A stretch of 35,012 nt of DNA. Source: Anaerolineaceae bacterium (GTDB lineage: Bacteria; Chloroflexota; Anaerolineae; Anaerolineales; Anaerolineaceae). The position numbers and the translations under genes were made by a program. How positions within the stretch are numbered: the stretch's first letter is position 1; each line of letters opens with the position of its first letter. The stretch is from positions 1-35,012 of the forward strand of contig DAIEPS010000001.1 of the NCBI GenBank assembly GCA_027348305.1. Reading direction: 5' to 3'. The notes beneath the pieces were generated by a model. The model searched no databases. It was not told the origin of the DNA and worked only from the letters and a program-made list of their open reading frames with translations. This document shows, piece after piece, positions 33,307 through 35,012 of this stretch.

Positions 33307-33495
33307 ACTATTCCAATAGTCATTTTCAAACGAATAGCTTCCCACAATGCTTGACAGGGGGTTTTTACTTAAGAAATAGATTAATTATTCTAAAACGTCA
33401 TTATTGGATCATTCTTTTCCTAATTACTAATCCCTTATTACGAATCACTGAGAACGAATCACCAGTTTTTTCTCACTTTCAGCTATAATTAGCGC

Positions 33496-34140
33496 ATGCC
33501 CAATAAATCCACTCCACTTGTGATTGGCGTAGCCGGCGGTTCCGGGTCCGGCAAGACCACTGTTGCCCACATGGTATTAAAACGGGTAGGCAAGCAGCGT
33601 ATTGCCTTCCTGCAGCATGATTCTTATTATCGTGAGTTGACCGGTCTTGAACCGGCCCAGCGTGCGCTGGTGAATTTTGACCATCCCAATTCGCTTGAAT
33701 CCGAGATGCTGCGCGAGCACATTCTGGCGCTAAAGAATTGGCAGTCGGTTGAAGTGCCCGTCTACGATTTCACCACCCATAGCCGCACGGGTGATACCAT
33801 CCATGTGGACCCCAAACGGGTGATCCTGGTGGAAGGCATCCTCATCTTCGCGGACCCCTGTTTGCGGGACCTGTTTGATGTCAAAATTTTCGTGGATACT
33901 GATTCCGATATCCGCTTCATTCGCCGTCTCGACCGCGACATCAGCGAGCGCGGACGCACTACCGAAAACGTGGTCAAGCAGTACCTGAGCACGGTGCGGC
34001 CGATGCATCTTGAATTTGTCGAACCCTCCAAACGCTACGCGGATGTGATCATCCCCGAGGGCGGGTTGAACGTGGTCGCCATGGATATGGTTATTGCACG
34101 CATTGAATCCCTGTTGAAGGAAGAACACAAGGAAGAATGA
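33496..34140 (+). CDS. udk: Uridine kinase
   Basis: P-loop GVAGGSGSGKTT, plus YDFTTHSR, ILVEGILIF and DSDIRFIRRLDRD. Confidence 0.9.
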   Translation: MPNKSTPLVIGVAGGSGSGKTTVAHMVLKRVGKQRIAFLQHDSYYRELTGLEPAQRALVNFDHPNSLESEMLREHILALKNWQSVEVPVYDFTTHSRTGDTIHVDPKRVILVEGILIFADPCLRDLFDVKIFVDTDSDIRFIRRLDRDISERGRTTENVVKQYLSTVRPMHLEFVEPSKRYADVIIPEGGLNVVAMDMVIARIESLLKEEHKEE

Positions 34141-34679
34141 AGCTGACGGGTTGGCGGCTCAACGTTGTCAGAGCGCTGGTGTTGCTGGCTGTGATCGCCC
34201 TCACCGTCGTGCTTTTTATTTATCGCAACCAGGTGCAAAAATTTGGGGCTCTGGGTTACCCCGGCATATTCTTTGTGTCCCTGCTCTCAAATGCCACATT
34301 GATTTTGCCGGTTCCGGGGGTATTGTTTACCTCGGCCATGGGCGCCTTATTCAATCCGTGGTGGGTGGCGTTGGCCGCCGGCACTGGGGCGACGATCGGC
34401 GAGTTAACCGGTTATATGGCGGGGTTCAGCGGACAGGCCGTGATCGAGAACAAAAAGTGGTATGAACGTGTCTCGGGATGGATGAGGAAATACGGCGACA
34501 TTACCATTCTGGTGCTGGCCTTTGTGCCCAACCCGGTATTTGACATCGCAGGTATGGTCGCGGGAGCATTGCGCCTGCCTTTGTGGCGCTATCTTTTAAT
34601 GAGTTGGATCGGCAAGGTGGGGAAAATGCTGCTGTTTGCTTTTGGCGGCGCATCCATTTTAAAATTATTCGGTGCTTAG
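34137..34679 (+). CDS. YqaA/VTT-domain (SNARE-associated, DedA-related) membrane protein
   Basis: Has LLSNATLILPVPG and GATIGELTGYMAG blocks. It shares a 4-nt overlap with udk. Confidence 0.6.
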   Translation: MKLTGWRLNVVRALVLLAVIALTVVLFIYRNQVQKFGALGYPGIFFVSLLSNATLILPVPGVLFTSAMGALFNPWWVALAAGTGATIGELTGYMAGFSGQAVIENKKWYERVSGWMRKYGDITILVLAFVPNPVFDIAGMVAGALRLPLWRYLLMSWIGKVGKMLLFAFGGASILKLFGA

Positions 34680-34772
34680 CGGTTGTCTTTTTCTCTTTTT
34701 GAGTTGCAGAATAAGGCAGAGCCTATATAATGATACAAGAAGTTTTCATTGACTTAAGACATTCACAGGCTA

Positions 34773-35012
34773 ATGGCAATGGCAAAATCTGATCTACGCA
34801 TTTTATTGGCGGAAGATAATGAGGTGAACCAGCATCTGATGATGCGCATCTTGACGCGCGTCGGATACGATGCCGTGCTGGCGAAAACCGGCATCCAGGT
34901 GGATCTGCTGTCCTCCGGCACCACGGAACTCGTCAACCGGCTGAAGGCGGAAGGCGATCGTACTCCTGCAGACCTCCTCCTGACCAACGATGCCGGAAGC
35001 CTTGAACTCGCC
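34773..35012 (+). CDS. 3'-truncated ORF: receiver-domain-like N-terminus joined to a ferric-iron ABC substrate-binding-protein-like sequence
   Basis: Hand translation gives MAMAKSDLRILLAEDNEVNQHLMMRILTRVGYDAVLAKTG followed by IQVDLLSSGTTELVNRLKAEGDRTPADLLLTNDAGSLELA. The frame is open to the window end and is not in the ORF track. Confidence 0.4.
   Translation, partial: MAMAKSDLRILLAEDNEVNQHLMMRILTRVGYDAVLAKTGIQVDLLSSGTTELVNRLKAEGDRTPADLLLTNDAGSLELA

Overview
This is a 35-kb, densely coded bacterial chromosomal window. Hand counts of single 60-nt lines gave about 53% GC in typical genes and 35-40% in a few AT-rich pockets. Families were recognised from motifs read in the supplied translations; no database search was possible. 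Thr/Pro- and Pro/Ala-rich linkers and the gene content suggest a Chloroflexota (Anaerolineae-like) origin, but that is inference only.

Gene order:
- leuS (3' part), a creatininase-family gene, and cydDC.
- On the minus strand, tsaC-prmC-prfA and a DUF3597 gene, followed by ridA.
- A tightly packed seven-gene envelope-glycan operon: ExoA-like GT2, polyprenyl-phosphate sugar transferase, PglF/CapD-type 4,6-dehydratase, FemAB, zinc-ribbon Nudix, FemAB, and a Thr/Pro-repeat membrane protein.
- A UbiA-like membrane protein, bcp, rsfS and thpR, then a candidate 6S RNA.
- An FHA protein, an AI-2E transporter, an unlisted 59-aa ORF, PGI/PMI, an AT-rich lipoprotein gene, and dinB.
- A divergent pair made of a CGNR regulator and a Tat-lipoprotein DUF3795 gene.
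- A 0.7-kb gene-poor gap, a membrane protein, an MshA-like GT4, and tRNA-Thr(CGU).
- A truncated YhcH-family remnant.
- A MarR / methyltransferase / ATC-hydrolase-like / ketopantoate-reductase-like operon.
- udk, a YqaA-like gene, and a 3'-truncated ORF with a chimeric look.

I saw no CRISPR array, transposase, integrase or recognisable defence system.

Most worth a second look:
- The FemAB-Nudix-FemAB module inside the glycan operon.
- A conserved hairpin repeat of about 46 nt, present at two distant loci, one of which abuts a truncated gene beside the tRNA.
- The exported, Cys-rich DUF3795 lipoprotein with its CGNR partner and duplicated inverted repeats.
- The MarR operon with two copies of its palindromic operator.
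- The 6S-like RNA.

Much of the window is ordinary housekeeping, so interest scores are kept moderate.
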